The notes under the pieces were generated by a model. That model ran no database searches and was not told the origin of the DNA. It worked only from the letters and a program-made list of their open reading frames with translations. From Escherichia coli (GTDB lineage: Bacteria; Pseudomonadota; Gammaproteobacteria; Enterobacterales; Enterobacteriaceae), in the NCBI RefSeq assembly GCF_003334385.1, contig NZ_QOWN01000030.1: a stretch of DNA of 57,197 bases; one strand, given 5' to 3'. Both the position numbers and the translations under genes were made by a program. Positions 33,534-45,744 of the stretch are shown here, piece by piece; positions within the stretch are counted from its first letter, which is position 1; the number at the start of each line of letters is the position of its first letter.

Positions 33534-33670
33534 CCGGTTATCCTCATTTGGCCTACCTATGATAATAGTCTGTTTATAAACCGACGTTATATATCTTGAA
33601 AGCAGGAAAATCTTAAACTGTGAGGGTAAAAGGAGTGAGTACGCCCTCCCGCAGGAGAGCGTACGGAGTA

Positions 33671-34384
33671 TCAGAGCGGATTCTTTTTGTTGCGAATCAA
33701 GTTGAGGCTTTCAACCGCAATAGAGAAGAACATCGCGAAGTAGATGTAACCTTTCGGTACGTGGATGTCGAAACTTTCCAGAATCAGGGTAAAGCCCACC
33801 AGAATCAGGAAAGAGAGCGCCAGCATTTTTACCGAAGGATGGCGTTCGACAAAATCACCAATCGAGCGCGCGGCGAACATCATCACGCCTACGGCAATCA
33901 CCACGGCTGCCATCATAATAAACAGGTGATCTGACAGACCCACAGCCGTAATCACCGAGTCGAGGCTAAAGATAATATCCAGCAGCATAATCTGCACGAT
34001 AGCGCCGAGGAATGATGAAACGCGTGTTTTCAGCCCTTCTTCTTCACCTTCAATGGATTCGTGGATTTCCTTGCTGGCTTTCCAGATAAGGAACAAGCCA
34101 CCCAGAAGCAGAATCAAATCACGGGCAGAAATTTCCTGACTGAATATTGTAAAAAGCGGATTTGTCAGGCGCGTAACCCAGGCGATTGATGCCAGCAGCG
34201 CCAGACGCATAACCATGGCTCCCGCCAACCCCAGACGGCGCGCATGAGCACGTTGTGCTGTGGGAAGCTTTGCCACCACCAGAGAAAGGAAAATAATATT
34301 GTCGATCCCAAGAACGATCTCCAGCAGCGTCAGCGTACCGAGCGCAAGCCAGGCGTTAGGATCGGTTATCCATGCAAATAACAT
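33671..34384 (-). CDS. ygdQ: TerC-family integral membrane protein
   Basis: 237-aa polytopic membrane protein with TerC-like motifs (...[17 protein letters not shown]...). Confidence 0.8.
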
Positions 34385-34452
34385 CTAAAAAGCCCTGCCA
34401 AAAAAATGAAGCGGTAATTATATGCCCGGAAAGCGGCAGGTCAAAGCGATGG

Positions 34453-35142
34453 CTACTGGATCAGAAAATGACGGGCCAGTAGTGCACTGGTGAAATTCTT
34501 CTTCAAATAAAAGCCGCGTGGCAGCGTCAGAATCCGTTCGCCCCGGGCACCAATGGCTTCGGTAAGCGCTTTCGCATTCGCTGCTTTCGGTCGTATCTGT
34601 AAATACTCCCCGTGACGAGCGGTAATCCGCTCAACCTGACCGAGAACAATCATATCCATTAATTCTTCCCAGTCTTCGCGTAGCTGCCGGTCTTCCTCTT
34701 CATTCGGGCTCCACAGCAACGGTGATCCAACGCGACGCTGCGCCAGCGGGATGCTGCGCTCGCCTTCAACCGGTATCCACAGTACGCGTTTGAGTTTGTG
34801 GCGCACGTGGCTGGTTTCCCAGGTCACCCCGCTATTGCCCGTTAACGGGGCAACACAAACGAATGTTGTTTCCAGCGGACGACCAAGACTATCCACAGGG
34901 ATAGTTTTAAGTTCCACGCCCAGAGCAGCAAAATCTTGCTCAGGTTTACTCCCTGCGCTGGCACCTAGCCAGATCTCCAGTAACACGCCAATCCAGCCTT
35001 TATCGCGTTTTAAATTCTCTGGCGTAACCAGCCCGACAAGTGCCGCCAGTTCTCCCAATGTATAACCAGAAAGTTGCTGTGCTTGCGCTAACAACTGTTC
35101 TTCAGTTTCGGGAGGAGAGAGCAGTGGGCGAGGTTGGGACAT
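34453..35142 (-). CDS. mutH: methyl-directed mismatch repair endonuclease MutH
   Basis: 229-aa ORF recognised as MutH ([34 protein letters not shown]...). Confidence 0.9.
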   Translation of the reverse strand: MSQPRPLLSPPETEEQLLAQAQQLSGYTLGELAALVGLVTPENLKRDKGWIGVLLEIWLGASAGSKPEQDFAALGVELKTIPVDSLGRPLETTFVCVAPLTGNSGVTWETSHVRHKLKRVLWIPVEGERSIPLAQRRVGSPLLWSPNEEEDRQLREDWEELMDMIVLGQVERITARHGEYLQIRPKAANAKALTEAIGARGERILTLPRGFYLKKNFTSALLARHFLIQ

Positions 35143-35826
35143 GTCATGATACCTTGATTAAAAAACAAACAGCAATTATGTGCCGAATATTCGCAGTGTA
35201 ACTTTTTCCACATGCGTTGTTCAATTCTCTGATTTATATTGCTTTTTAGGTTGCCGGTAATCGAGTTGCGCAACACTGCAACGGGTTTTCCAAATCTGGT
35301 CACTGAAAATAAACAGGATCTTACACCATGTTATCCACAGAAAGCTGGGATAACTGTGAAAAACCTCCACTACTGTTTCCATTTACAGCCTTGACGTGCG
35401 ACGAAACTCCAGTTTTTAGTGGTTCAGTGCTTAACTTAGTGGCACATTCTGTGGATAAATACGGCATTGGTTGATCTTTCGCCAACCCGTAAATGAGAGG
35501 TGTGACCTGGGTCACGAATTACTCTTTTTCATTACTAAAATTATATGTAATGCATTGACTGATAATGAATATTTTAAAATGTCTATATCGGGCTTATTCA
35601 GAATGCTCCGGGTTTTCCCGTAGTAATTCCGTAGTTCTTCACAACTCTATCCACAGAAAAGGTGAATAAAAACGGCTATCCACCCCTTCCTCTGTTTATA
35701 ACTCTGCACATAACTGTGAGTTATTCAATTGTTATTAGTGTGTAATGCCCTGCAGAGAGTGGTTTACCGTCTTCCTGGAGTATGAAACAATCATTCGTAT
35801 ATAAAGCTTTATTTTGAGGTAGTCCG

Positions 35827-36357
35827 GTGATTGATGACGATGGCTACCGCCCAAACGTAGGTATCGTGATTTGTAATCGCCAGGGGCAGGTAATGTGGGC
35901 CCGGCGATTTGGTCAGCACTCCTGGCAATTTCCGCAAGGCGGAATCAACCCCGGAGAATCCGCAGAGCAGGCGATGTACCGTGAATTGTTTGAAGAAGTA
36001 GGATTAAGCCGCAAAGACGTTCGAATCCTTGCTTCAACGCGTAACTGGTTGCGCTACAAATTACCGAAACGTTTGGTGCGTTGGGACACGAAGCCGGTTT
36101 GTATCGGCCAAAAACAAAAATGGTTTCTCTTGCAGCTGGTGAGCGGCGATGCAGAAATCAATATGCAAACCAGCAGTACACCAGAGTTTGACGGCTGGCG
36201 ATGGGTAAGTTACTGGTATCCGGTCAGACAGGTGGTGTCATTTAAACGTGATGTCTACCGTAGGGTAATGAAAGAGTTCGCGAGTGTGGTGATGTCACTG
36301 CAGGAAAATACGCCAAAACCACAAAACGCATCTGCTTATCGACGTAAAAGAGGTTAA
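35827..36357 (+). CDS. rppH: RNA pyrophosphohydrolase (Nudix hydrolase)
   Basis: 176 aa with a Nudix box ([23 protein letters not shown]); GTG start; followed 12 bp later by ptsP. Confidence 0.9.
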
Positions 36358-36369
36358 GTCACGCCAATT

Positions 36370-38616
36370 ATGCTCACTCGCCTGCGCGAAATAGTCGAAA
36401 AGGTAGCCAGCGCACCACGCCTGAATGAGGCGTTAAATATTCTGGTTACCGACATCTGTCTTGCGATGGATACCGAGGTCTGTTCGGTCTACCTGGCCGA
36501 TCATGATCGACGTTGTTACTACCTGATGGCGACCCGGGGGCTGAAAAAACCACGCGGTCGCACTGTAACGCTCGCGTTTGATGAAGGGATCGTCGGCCTG
36601 GTTGGCAGGCTGGCGGAACCGATAAACCTTGCAGATGCGCAAAAGCACCCCAGCTTCAAATACATCCCCTCCGTAAAAGAAGAACGTTTCCGCGCGTTTT
36701 TAGGCGTACCAATTATTCAACGTCGCCAGTTGCTTGGTGTACTGGTGGTACAGCAACGAGAGTTGCGCCAGTATGACGAAAGTGAAGAATCCTTCCTGGT
36801 GACGCTTGCCACCCAGATGGCAGCTATTCTTTCTCAGTCGCAGTTGACTGCCTTGTTTGGGCAATATCGCCAGACGCGAATCCGCGCATTACCGGCAGCA
36901 CCTGGTGTGGCGATTGCCGAAGGCTGGCAGGATGCCACGTTACCTTTAATGGAACAGGTGTATCAGGCATCAACGCTGGATCCGGCTCTGGAACGCGAAC
37001 GACTGACCGGGGCGCTGGAAGAAGCGGCAAACGAGTTTCGCCGCTACAGCAAACGCTTTGCCGCCGGTGCACAAAAAGAAACGGCGGCTATTTTCGATCT
37101 TTACTCGCACCTGCTTTCGGACACCCGGCTGCGTCGCGAATTGTTTGCCGAGGTTGATAAAGGCTCGGTGGCAGAGTGGGCGGTAAAAACGGTCATTGAA
37201 AAATTTGCCGAACAGTTTGCCGCGCTAAGTGATAACTATCTCAAAGAGCGGGCTGGCGATTTACGTGCGCTGGGTCAGCGATTGCTGTTTCATCTTGATG
37301 ACGCTAATCAAGGGCCGAACGCCTGGCCGGAACGTTTCATTCTGGTGGCAGATGAACTGTCAGCGACAACGCTTGCTGAGCTGCCCCAGGATCGCTTAGT
37401 CGGTGTTGTCGTGCGAGATGGCGCAGCCAACTCCCATGCTGCGATCATGGTACGTGCGCTGGGGATCCCTACCGTGATGGGCGCGGATATTCAGCCTTCG
37501 GTGCTGCATCGTAGGACGCTGATCGTTGATGGCTATCGCGGTGAATTGCTGGTCGATCCGGAGCCGGTACTGCTGCAAGAATATCAGCGGCTAATTAGTG
37601 AAGAGATTGAGCTTAGCCGTCTGGCGGAAGATGACGTCAATTTACCCGCGCAGTTAAAAAGCGGTGAGCGTATAAAAGTCATGCTCAATGCTGGTTTAAG
37701 CCCGGAACATGAAGAAAAACTGGGCAGCCGTATTGATGGCATCGGTCTTTATCGCACTGAAATCCCATTCATGCTGCAAAGTGGTTTCCCGTCGGAAGAA
37801 GAACAGGTGGCGCAGTATCAGGGGATGCTGCAAATGTTCAATGATAAACCCGTCACCTTGCGTACGCTGGATGTCGGAGCAGATAAGCAGCTGCCTTACA
37901 TGCCGATCAGCGAAGAGAATCCATGCCTGGGTTGGCGTGGGATTCGCATTACGCTCGATCAGCCGGAGATCTTCTTGATCCAGGTGCGGGCGATGCTGCG
38001 TGCTAATGCCGCTACGGGCAACCTGAATATTCTGTTGCCGATGGTCACAAGCCTCGATGAAGTTGATGAAGCACGCCGCCTGATTGAACGTGCCGGACGT
38101 GAAGTCGAGGAGATGATCGGTTACGAAATTCCCAAACCACGTATCGGCATCATGCTGGAAGTGCCGTCAATGGTATTTATGCTGCCGCATCTGGCAAAGC
38201 GGGTCGATTTCATCTCTGTTGGCACCAACGATCTGACTCAATACATTCTGGCCGTTGATCGCAACAATACCCGGGTGGCGAACATTTATGACAGTCTTCA
38301 TCCTGCAATGTTACGAGCTCTGGCGATGATCGCCCGGGAAGCGGAAATACATGGAATCGATCTCCGTTTGTGCGGTGAAATGGCGGGCGATCCCATGTGC
38401 GTGGCAATCCTCATTGGGCTTGGGTATCGCCATCTGTCTATGAACGGACGTTCTGTAGCGCGGGCAAAATACCTGCTGCGGCGCATTGATTATGCCGAAG
38501 CAGAAAATCTTGCGCAGCGTAGTCTGGAAGCGCAACTGGCGACCGAAGTTCGCCATCAGGTTGCAGCCTTTATGGAGCGTCGCGGCATGGGCGGGCTGAT
38601 TCGCGGAGGGTTATAG
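36370..38616 (+). CDS. ptsP: nitrogen-PTS enzyme I (EI-Ntr) with N-terminal GAF domain
   Basis: 748 aa: a GAF domain followed by PEP-utilising enzyme I domains (...GLYRTEIPFM...). Confidence 0.9.
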   Translation: MLTRLREIVEKVASAPRLNEALNILVTDICLAMDTEVCSVYLADHDRRCYYLMATRGLKKPRGRTVTLAFDEGIVGLVGRLAEPINLADAQKHPSFKYIPSVKEERFRAFLGVPIIQRRQLLGVLVVQQRELRQYDESEESFLVTLATQMAAILSQSQLTALFGQYRQTRIRALPAAPGVAIAEGWQDATLPLMEQVYQASTLDPALERERLTGALEEAANEFRRYSKRFAAGAQKETAAIFDLYSHLLSDTRLRRELFAEVDKGSVAEWAVKTVIEKFAEQFAALSDNYLKERAGDLRALGQRLLFHLDDANQGPNAWPERFILVADELSATTLAELPQDRLVGVVVRDGAANSHAAIMVRALGIPTVMGADIQPSVLHRRTLIVDGYRGELLVDPEPVLLQEYQRLISEEIELSRLAEDDVNLPAQLKSGERIKVMLNAGLSPEHEEKLGSRIDGIGLYRTEIPFMLQSGFPSEEEQVAQYQGMLQMFNDKPVTLRTLDVGADKQLPYMPISEENPCLGWRGIRITLDQPEIFLIQVRAMLRANAATGNLNILLPMVTSLDEVDEARRLIERAGREVEEMIGYEIPKPRIGIMLEVPSMVFMLPHLAKRVDFISVGTNDLTQYILAVDRNNTRVANIYDSLHPAMLRALAMIAREAEIHGIDLRLCGEMAGDPMCVAILIGLGYRHLSMNGRSVARAKYLLRRIDYAEAENLAQRSLEAQLATEVRHQVAAFMERRGMGGLIRGGL

Positions 38617-38766
38617 CGCGGATCATATACATATCTTTTAACGGTATCCGGCAACCAGCCAGGTCCCCTTGTGCTATTATTCGCACCTTTGGAGCGCCTG
38701 AAACCTGCGGCGCGCATTTCAATCGCTGTTCTCTTTCAGCGAAATAACAAGAACTTGTGGTGACAG

Positions 38767-39642
38767 ATGACCAGTAGCTATCTGCATTTTCCGGAGTTTG
38801 ATCCGGTCATTTTCTCAATAGGACCCGTGGCGCTTCACTGGTACGGCCTGATGTATCTGGTGGGTTTCATTTTTGCAATGTGGCTGGCAACACGACGGGC
38901 GAATCGTCCGGGCAGCGGCTGGACCAAAAATGAAGTTGAAAACTTACTCTATGCGGGCTTCCTCGGCGTCTTCCTCGGGGGACGTATTGGTTATGTTCTG
39001 TTCTACAATTTCCCGCAGTTTATGGCCGATCCGCTGTATCTGTTCCGTGTCTGGGACGGCGGCATGTCTTTCCACGGCGGCCTGATTGGCGTTATCGTGG
39101 TGATGATTATCTTCGCCCGCCGTACTAAACGTTCCTTCTTCCAGGTCTCTGATTTTATCGCACCACTCATTCCGTTTGGTCTTGGTGCCGGGCGTCTGGG
39201 CAACTTTATTAACGGTGAATTGTGGGGCCGCGTTGACCCGAACTTCCCGTTTGCCATGCTGTTCCCTGGCTCCCGTACAGAAGATATTTTGCTGCTGCAA
39301 ACCAACCCGCAGTGGCAATCCATTTTCGACACTTACGGTGTGCTGCCGCGCCACCCATCACAGCTTTACGAGCTGCTGCTGGAAGGTGTGGTGCTGTTTA
39401 TTATCCTCAACCTGTATATTCGTAAACCACGCCCAATGGGAGCTGTCTCAGGTTTGTTCCTGATTGGTTACGGCGCGTTTCGCATCATTGTTGAGTTTTT
39501 CCGCCAGCCCGACGCGCAGTTTACCGGTGCCTGGGTGCAGTACATCAGCATGGGGCAAATTCTTTCCATCCCGATGATTGTCGCGGGTGTGATCATGATG
39601 GTCTGGGCATATCGTCGCAGCCCACAGCAACACGTTTCCTGA
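38767..39642 (+). CDS. lgt: prolipoprotein diacylglyceryl transferase
   Basis: 291-aa membrane protein recognised as Lgt ([34 protein letters not shown]...). Confidence 0.9.
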
Positions 39643-39648
39643 GGAACC

Positions 39649-40443
39649 ATGAAACAGTATTTAGAACTGATGCAAAAAGTGCTCGACGAAGGCACACAGA
39701 AAAACGACCGTACCGGAACCGGAACGCTTTCCATTTTTGGTCATCAGATGCGTTTTAACCTGCAAGATGGATTCCCGCTGGTGACAACTAAACGTTGCCA
39801 CCTGCGTTCCATCATCCATGAACTGCTGTGGTTTCTGCAGGGCGACACTAACATTGCTTATCTACACGAAAACAATGTCACCATCTGGGACGAATGGGCC
39901 GATGAAAACGGCGACCTCGGGCCAGTGTATGGTAAACAGTGGCGCGCCTGGCCAACGCCAGATGGTCGTCATATTGACCAGATCACTACGGTACTGAACC
40001 AGCTGAAAAACGACCCGGATTCGCGCCGCATTATTGTTTCAGCGTGGAACGTAGGCGAACTGGATAAAATGGCGCTGGCACCGTGCCATGCATTCTTCCA
40101 GTTCTATGTGGCAGACGGCAAACTCTCTTGCCAGCTTTATCAGCGCTCCTGTGACGTCTTCCTCGGCCTGCCGTTCAACATTGCCAGCTACGCGTTATTG
40201 GTGCATATGATGGCGCAGCAGTGCGATCTGGAAGTGGGTGATTTTGTCTGGACCGGTGGCGACACGCATCTGTACAGCAACCATATGGATCAAACTCATC
40301 TGCAATTAAGCCGCGAACCGCGTCCGCTGCCGAAGTTGATTATCAAACGTAAACCCGAATCCATCTTCGACTACCGTTTCGAAGACTTTGAGATTGAAGG
40401 CTACGATCCGCATCCGGGCATTAAAGCGCCGGTGGCTATCTAA
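39649..40443 (+). CDS. thyA: thymidylate synthase
   Basis: 264-aa ORF with hallmark ThyA motifs ([31 protein letters not shown]...active-site Cys in ...[12 protein letters not shown]...). Confidence 0.95.
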
Positions 40444-40464
40444 TTACGAAACATCCTGCCAGAG

Positions 40465-40491
40465 CCGACGCCAGTGTGCGTCGGTTTTTTT
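40465..40491 (+). terminator. rho-independent terminator after thyA
   Basis: Hairpin ccgacgc-cagtgt-gcgtcgg followed by T7. Confidence 0.7.
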
Positions 40492-40626
40492 ACCCTCCGT
40501 TAAATTCTTCGAGACGCCTTCCCGAAATTTTGCAACGTCCTGCAACGGCGTAAATAGTCCGGAAGATGCGCCGAAGAAATAGAAACTGGCCCTCGTCTTT
40601 TTTTCTCCTCGCTCCATACTGCCGGC

Positions 40627-41097
40627 ATGAAAACACAACGTGGTTATACGCTGATTGAAACGCTGGTCGCGATGCTGATTTTGGTCATGCTAAGCGCAAG
40701 TGGACTCTATGGCTGGCAATACTGGCAGCAGTCGCAACGGCTATGGCAAACCGCCAGCCAGGCGCGGGACTATTTGCTCTATTTACGTGAAGATGCCAAC
40801 TGGCATAACCGCGACCACAGTATCAGCGTTATCAGGGAGGGGACGTTATGGTGCCTTGTGAGTTCCGCTGCTGGGGCCAATACCTGTCATGGCAGTTCAC
40901 CATTGGTCTTTGTGCCACGCTGGCCCGAAGTCGAAATGAGCGACCTGACACCTTCGCTTGCTTTCTTTGGCCTGCGCAATACCGCATGGGCCGGGCATAT
41001 TCGCTTCAAAAACTCAACGGGCGAGTGGTGGCTGGTGGTTTCGCCGTGGGGAAGACTCCGGCTTTGTCAGCAAGGAGAAACAGAAGGATGCCTGTAA
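40627..41097 (+). CDS. ppdA: prepilin-peptidase-dependent (type IV pilin-like) protein
   Basis: 156 aa with an N-terminal prepilin leader and hydrophobic helix ([22 protein letters not shown]). Confidence 0.85.
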
Positions 41098-41651
41098 AAG
41101 AGCAAGGTTTTTCTCTGCTGGAAGTGTTGATTGCTATGGCGATCAGTAGCGTATTGTTGCTGGGGGCGGCACGCTTTCTGCCTGCGTTACAGCGTGAAAG
41201 TTTAACGAGCACCCGTAAGCTGGCGCTGGAAGATGAAATCTGGCTGCGGGTATTTACCGTCGCGAAGCATCTCCAGAGGGCGGGTTATTGTCATGGCATC
41301 TGTACCGGCGAAGGGCTGGAAATTGTCGGACAGGGTGACTGTGTCATTGTGCAGTGGGATGCGAACAGTAACGGTATCTGGGATCGCGAACCGGTAAAAG
41401 AGTCCGACCAGATTGGATTTCGTCTGAAGGAGCATGTGCTGGAAACGCTACGCGGTGCGACATCCTGTGAAGGTAAGGGCTGGGATAAAGTCACTAATCC
41501 GGATGCCATCATTATCGACACTTTTCAGGTCGTACGTCAGGATGTCAGCGGCTTCTCGCCGGTGTTGACGGTTAATATGCGTGCTGCCAGTAAGTCTGAA
41601 CCGCAAACCGTGGTGAATGCCAGCTATAGCGTGACAGGATTCAACCTGTGA
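41088..41651 (+). CDS. ppdB: prepilin-peptidase-dependent (type IV pilin-like) protein
   Basis: Starts [22 protein letters not shown] (prepilin-type N-terminus); overlaps the ppdA stop. Confidence 0.8.
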
Positions 41652-42055
41652 ACCGCGAAAAGGGTGTTTCGTCACTGGCTCTGGTCCTGATGCTGCTGGT
41701 TTTGGGTAGTTTGCTATTACAAGGAATGAGCCAACAGGATCGCAGTTTTGCCTCTCGCGTGAGCATGGAAAGTCAGTCATTGCGCCGCCAGGCCATCGTT
41801 CAGTCGGCGCTGGCGTGGGGAAAAATGCACTCCTGGCAGACGCAGCCAGCAGTTCAGTGCTCGCAGTACGCTGAAACCGATGCCCAGGTTTGTTTGCGTT
41901 TACTGGCAGATAATGAAGCCTTATTGATTGCCGGTTATGAAGGCGTTTCGTTGTGGCGAACAGGCGAAGTCATTGATGGAAACATTGTTTTTTCGCCACG
42001 CGGCTGGAGCGATTTTTGTCCGCTGAAAGAGAGGGCGTTATGTCAGCTTCCCTGA
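41648..42055 (+). CDS. ygdB: small membrane-anchored protein in the ppd operon
   Basis: 135 aa with a hydrophobic N-terminus ([18 protein letters not shown]); overlaps neighbouring genes. Confidence 0.7.
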   Translation: MNREKGVSSLALVLMLLVLGSLLLQGMSQQDRSFASRVSMESQSLRRQAIVQSALAWGKMHSWQTQPAVQCSQYAETDAQVCLRLLADNEALLIAGYEGVSLWRTGEVIDGNIVFSPRGWSDFCPLKERALCQLP

Positions 42056-42363
42056 AGAATCAACAAGGCTTTAGCCTGCCGGAGGTAATGTTGGCGATGG
42101 TGTTGATGGTGATGATTGTCACTGCGTTATCGGGTTTCCAGCGAACATTAATGAACAGTCTTGCCAGCAGAAACCAGTACCAACAGCTCTGGCGGCATGG
42201 CTGGCAGCAAACGCAACTGCGCGCGATTTCGCCACCTGCCAACTGGCAGGTCAACCGAATGCAGACATCGCAGGCGGGATGTGTCAGCATCAGCGTTACG
42301 CTAGTTTCACCCGGGGGCAGAGAAGGCGAGATGACCCGCCTGCATTGCCCGAATCGTCAGTAG
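42040..42363 (+). CDS. ppdC: prepilin-peptidase-dependent (type IV pilin-like) protein
   Basis: Starts [27 protein letters not shown] (prepilin-type N-terminus); ATG at 42040 overlaps ygdB. Confidence 0.8.
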   Translation: MSASLKNQQGFSLPEVMLAMVLMVMIVTALSGFQRTLMNSLASRNQYQQLWRHGWQQTQLRAISPPANWQVNRMQTSQAGCVSISVTLVSPGGREGEMTRLHCPNRQ

Positions 42364-42375
42364 TCAGGAGCCGCT

Positions 42376-45300
42376 ATGTTAAGGGTCTACCATTCCAATC
42401 GTCTGGACGTGCTGGAAGCGTTGATGGAGTTTATTGTCGAACGCGAACGGCTGGACGATCCTTTCGAACCAGAGATGATTCTGGTGCAAAGTACCGGTAT
42501 GGCACAGTGGCTGCAAATGACCCTGTCGCAAAAGTTTGGTATTGCGGCAAACATTGATTTTCCGCTGCCAGCGAGCTTTATCTGGGATATGTTCGTCCGG
42601 GTGTTACCGGAAATCCCCAAAGAGAGCGCCTTTAACAAACAGAGCATGAGCTGGAAACTGATGACTCTGCTGCCGCAATTGCTGGAGCGCGAAGACTTTA
42701 CCCTGTTGCGGCATTATCTGACTGACGATAGCGACAAGCGAAAACTGTTCCAGCTTTCCTCAAAAGCGGCGGACCTGTTTGACCAGTATCTGGTTTATCG
42801 TCCGGACTGGCTGGCACAGTGGGAAACAGGACATTTGGTTGAAGGGCTGGGAGAAGCACAGGCCTGGCAAGCCCCGTTGTGGAAGGCGCTGGTGGAATAT
42901 ACCCATCAACTCGGGCAACCGCGCTGGCACCGCGCCAATCTCTATCAGCGCTTTATCGAAACGCTGGAGTCCGCGACGACCTGCCCGCCGGGGTTACCTT
43001 CGCGCGTCTTTATATGCGGTATTTCCGCGTTACCGCCTGTTTATCTCCAGGCGCTACAGGCGCTGGGTAAACATATTGAAATCCATCTCCTGTTTACCAA
43101 CCCCTGCCGTTATTACTGGGGCGATATTAAAGATCCTGCTTATCTGGCGAAACTGCTGACCCGTCAGCGTCGACACAGTTTTGAAGATCGCGAATTGCCG
43201 CTATTTCGTGATAGCGAAAATGCCGGGCAGCTCTTTAACAGCGATGGTGAACAGGATGTCGGCAACCCGCTGCTGGCTTCATGGGGTAAGCTTGGGCGCG
43301 ACTACATTTATCTCCTTTCTGACCTGGAGAGCAGCCAGGAGCTGGACGCCTTTGTCGATGTCACGCCAGATAACCTGCTGCATAACATTCAGTCTGACAT
43401 TCTGGAACTGGAAAACCGCGCCGTTGCTGGTGTGAACATCGAAGAGTTTTCCCGTAGCGATAACAAACGCCCGCTTGATCCACTGGATAGCAGTATCACC
43501 TTCCACGTTTGCCATAGCCCGCAGCGTGAAGTTGAAGTTTTACACGATCGCCTGCTGGCGATGCTGGAGGAAGACCCGACACTTACTCCGCGCGACATCA
43601 TCGTGATGGTGGCTGATATCGACAGCTACAGTCCGTTTATTCAGGCTGTGTTTGGTAGCGCACCTGCGGATCGTTACCTACCTTACGCCATTTCCGACCG
43701 TCGTGCGCGGCAGTCACATCCGGTACTGGAAGCGTTTATCAGCCTGTTATCACTGCCTGACAGTCGTTTTGTGTCAGAGGATGTGCTGGCGTTGCTGGAT
43801 GTGCCGGTGCTGGCGGCGCGGTTTGACATCACCGAAGAAGGGCTGCGTTATTTACGCCAGTGGGTCAACGAATCCGGCATTCGTTGGGGCATAGATGACG
43901 ACAACGTTCGCGAGCTGGAACTCCCCGCCACCGGACAACACACCTGGCGATTTGGCCTGACGCGTATGTTGTTGGGCTACGCGATGGAGAGCGCGCAGGG
44001 CGAGTGGCAATCGGTTCTACCTTATGATGAATCGAGCGGCTTAATTGCAGAACTGGTGGGGCATCTGGCTTCACTGCTAATGCAGCTAAACATCTGGCGT
44101 CGCGGGCTGGCACAGGAGCGTCCGCTGGAAGAGTGGTTGCCGGTTTGTCGCGATATGCTCAACGCCTTCTTCCTGCCGGATGCGGAAACCGAAGCGGCGA
44201 TGACGCTGATCGAACAACAATGGCAGGCGATTATCGCCGAAGGTTTAGGTGCGCAGTATGGCGACGCGGTGCCGCTGTCACTATTGCGTGATGAACTGGC
44301 ACAGCGTCTGGATCAAGAACGTATCAGCCAGCGTTTTCTCGCCGGACCGGTTAACATTTGTACTCTGATGCCAATGCGTTCAATTCCGTTCAAAGTGGTT
44401 TGCCTGCTGGGAATGAACGACGGCGTTTATCCACGTCAGCTTGCGCCATTGGGCTTTGACCTGATGAGCCAGAAACCGAAGCGTGGCGACCGTAGCCGTC
44501 GCGATGACGACCGCTATCTGTTCCTGGAAGCGTTAATTTCCGCGCAGCAAAAACTCTATATCAGCTATATCGGTCGTTCCATTCAGGATAACAGTGAGCG
44601 TTTCCCGTCGGTACTGGTGCAGGAACTGATCGACTACATCGGGCAAAGTCATTATCTACCGGGCGATGAAGCGCTCAACTGTGATGAAAGCGAGGCAAGG
44701 GTAAAAGCGCATCTTACTTGCCTCCATACCCGGATGCCGTTTGATCCACAAAACTACCAGCCAGGCGAACGACAAAGCTATGCTCGTGAATGGCTACCTG
44801 CGGCCAGCCAGGCTGGTAAAGCACATTCTGAATTTGTTCAGCCGCTGCCGTTTACCTTACCGGAAACCGTGCCGCTGGAAACGCTACAACGATTCTGGGC
44901 ACATCCGGTGCGGGCATTTTTCCAGATGCGTTTGCAGGTGAACTTCCGTACTGAAGACAGCGAAATCCCCGACACCGAGCCATTTATTCTGGAAGGACTT
45001 AGCCGTTATCAAATCAATCAGCAGTTATTGAATGCACTGGTTGAGCAGGATGATGCCGAACGCTTGTTCCGCCGCTTCCGAGCGGCAGGGGATTTACCGT
45101 ATGGCGCTTTTGGTGAAATTTTCTGGGAAACACAGTGCCAGGAGATGCAGCAGCTTGCCGACAGAGTCATTGCCTGTCGCCAGCCGGGGCAGAGTATGGA
45201 AATTGATCTCGCCTGCAACGGTGTGCAGATAACTGGCTGGTTGCCGCAGGTGCAGCCGGATGGCCTGTTGCGCTGGCGTCCCTCTTTATTAAGTGTGGCC

Positions 45301-45744
45301 CAGGGAATGCAACTTTGGCTGGAACACCTTGTCTACTGTGCCAGCGGTGGTAATGGTGAAAGTCGCCTTTTTCTACGCAAAGACGGCGAGTGGCGTTTTC
45401 CGCCGCTTGCAGCCGAACAGGCTTTGCATTACCTCTCACAACTGATTGAGGGGTATCGTGAAGGAATGTCCGCGCCATTGCTGGTGTTACCTGAAAGTGG
45501 CGGCGCGTGGCTAAAAACCTGTTATGACGCGCAAAACGATGCCATGCTGGATGACGATTCCACGTTGCAAAAAGCCCGTACGAAATTCCTTCAGGCTTAC
45601 GAAGGCAACATGATGGTGCGTGGCGAAGGTGATGATATCTGGTATCAAAGGCTCTGGCGGCAATTAACACCAGAGACAATGGAGGCCATCGTTGAACAGT
45701 CGCAACGTTTCCTGTTACCGCTGTTTCGCTTTAATCAGTCATGA
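42376..45744 (+). CDS. recC: exodeoxyribonuclease V (RecBCD) gamma subunit
   Basis: 1122-aa ORF recognised as RecC (MLRVYHSNRLDVLEALMEFIV...). Confidence 0.95.
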   Translation: MLRVYHSNRLDVLEALMEFIVERERLDDPFEPEMILVQSTGMAQWLQMTLSQKFGIAANIDFPLPASFIWDMFVRVLPEIPKESAFNKQSMSWKLMTLLPQLLEREDFTLLRHYLTDDSDKRKLFQLSSKAADLFDQYLVYRPDWLAQWETGHLVEGLGEAQAWQAPLWKALVEYTHQLGQPRWHRANLYQRFIETLESATTCPPGLPSRVFICGISALPPVYLQALQALGKHIEIHLLFTNPCRYYWGDIKDPAYLAKLLTRQRRHSFEDRELPLFRDSENAGQLFNSDGEQDVGNPLLASWGKLGRDYIYLLSDLESSQELDAFVDVTPDNLLHNIQSDILELENRAVAGVNIEEFSRSDNKRPLDPLDSSITFHVCHSPQREVEVLHDRLLAMLEEDPTLTPRDIIVMVADIDSYSPFIQAVFGSAPADRYLPYAISDRRARQSHPVLEAFISLLSLPDSRFVSEDVLALLDVPVLAARFDITEEGLRYLRQWVNESGIRWGIDDDNVRELELPATGQHTWRFGLTRMLLGYAMESAQGEWQSVLPYDESSGLIAELVGHLASLLMQLNIWRRGLAQERPLEEWLPVCRDMLNAFFLPDAETEAAMTLIEQQWQAIIAEGLGAQYGDAVPLSLLRDELAQRLDQERISQRFLAGPVNICTLMPMRSIPFKVVCLLGMNDGVYPRQLAPLGFDLMSQKPKRGDRSRRDDDRYLFLEALISAQQKLYISYIGRSIQDNSERFPSVLVQELIDYIGQSHYLPGDEALNCDESEARVKAHLTCLHTRMPFDPQNYQPGERQSYAREWLPAASQAGKAHSEFVQPLPFTLPETVPLETLQRFWAHPVRAFFQMRLQVNFRTEDSEIPDTEPFILEGLSRYQINQQLLNALVEQDDAERLFRRFRAAGDLPYGAFGEIFWETQCQEMQQLADRVIACRQPGQSMEIDLACNGVQITGWLPQVQPDGLLRWRPSLLSVAQGMQLWLEHLVYCASGGNGESRLFLRKDGEWRFPPLAAEQALHYLSQLIEGYREGMSAPLLVLPESGGAWLKTCYDAQNDAMLDDDSTLQKARTKFLQAYEGNMMVRGEGDDIWYQRLWRQLTPETMEAIVEQSQRFLLPLFRFNQS

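Noticed and set aside
35143..35826. Short ORFs (35088-35303, 35321-35515, minus strand) in the mutH-rppH intergenic region
   Set aside because: No ribosome-binding site or recognisable domain; could be a small uncharacterised gene but the sequence alone does not support a call.
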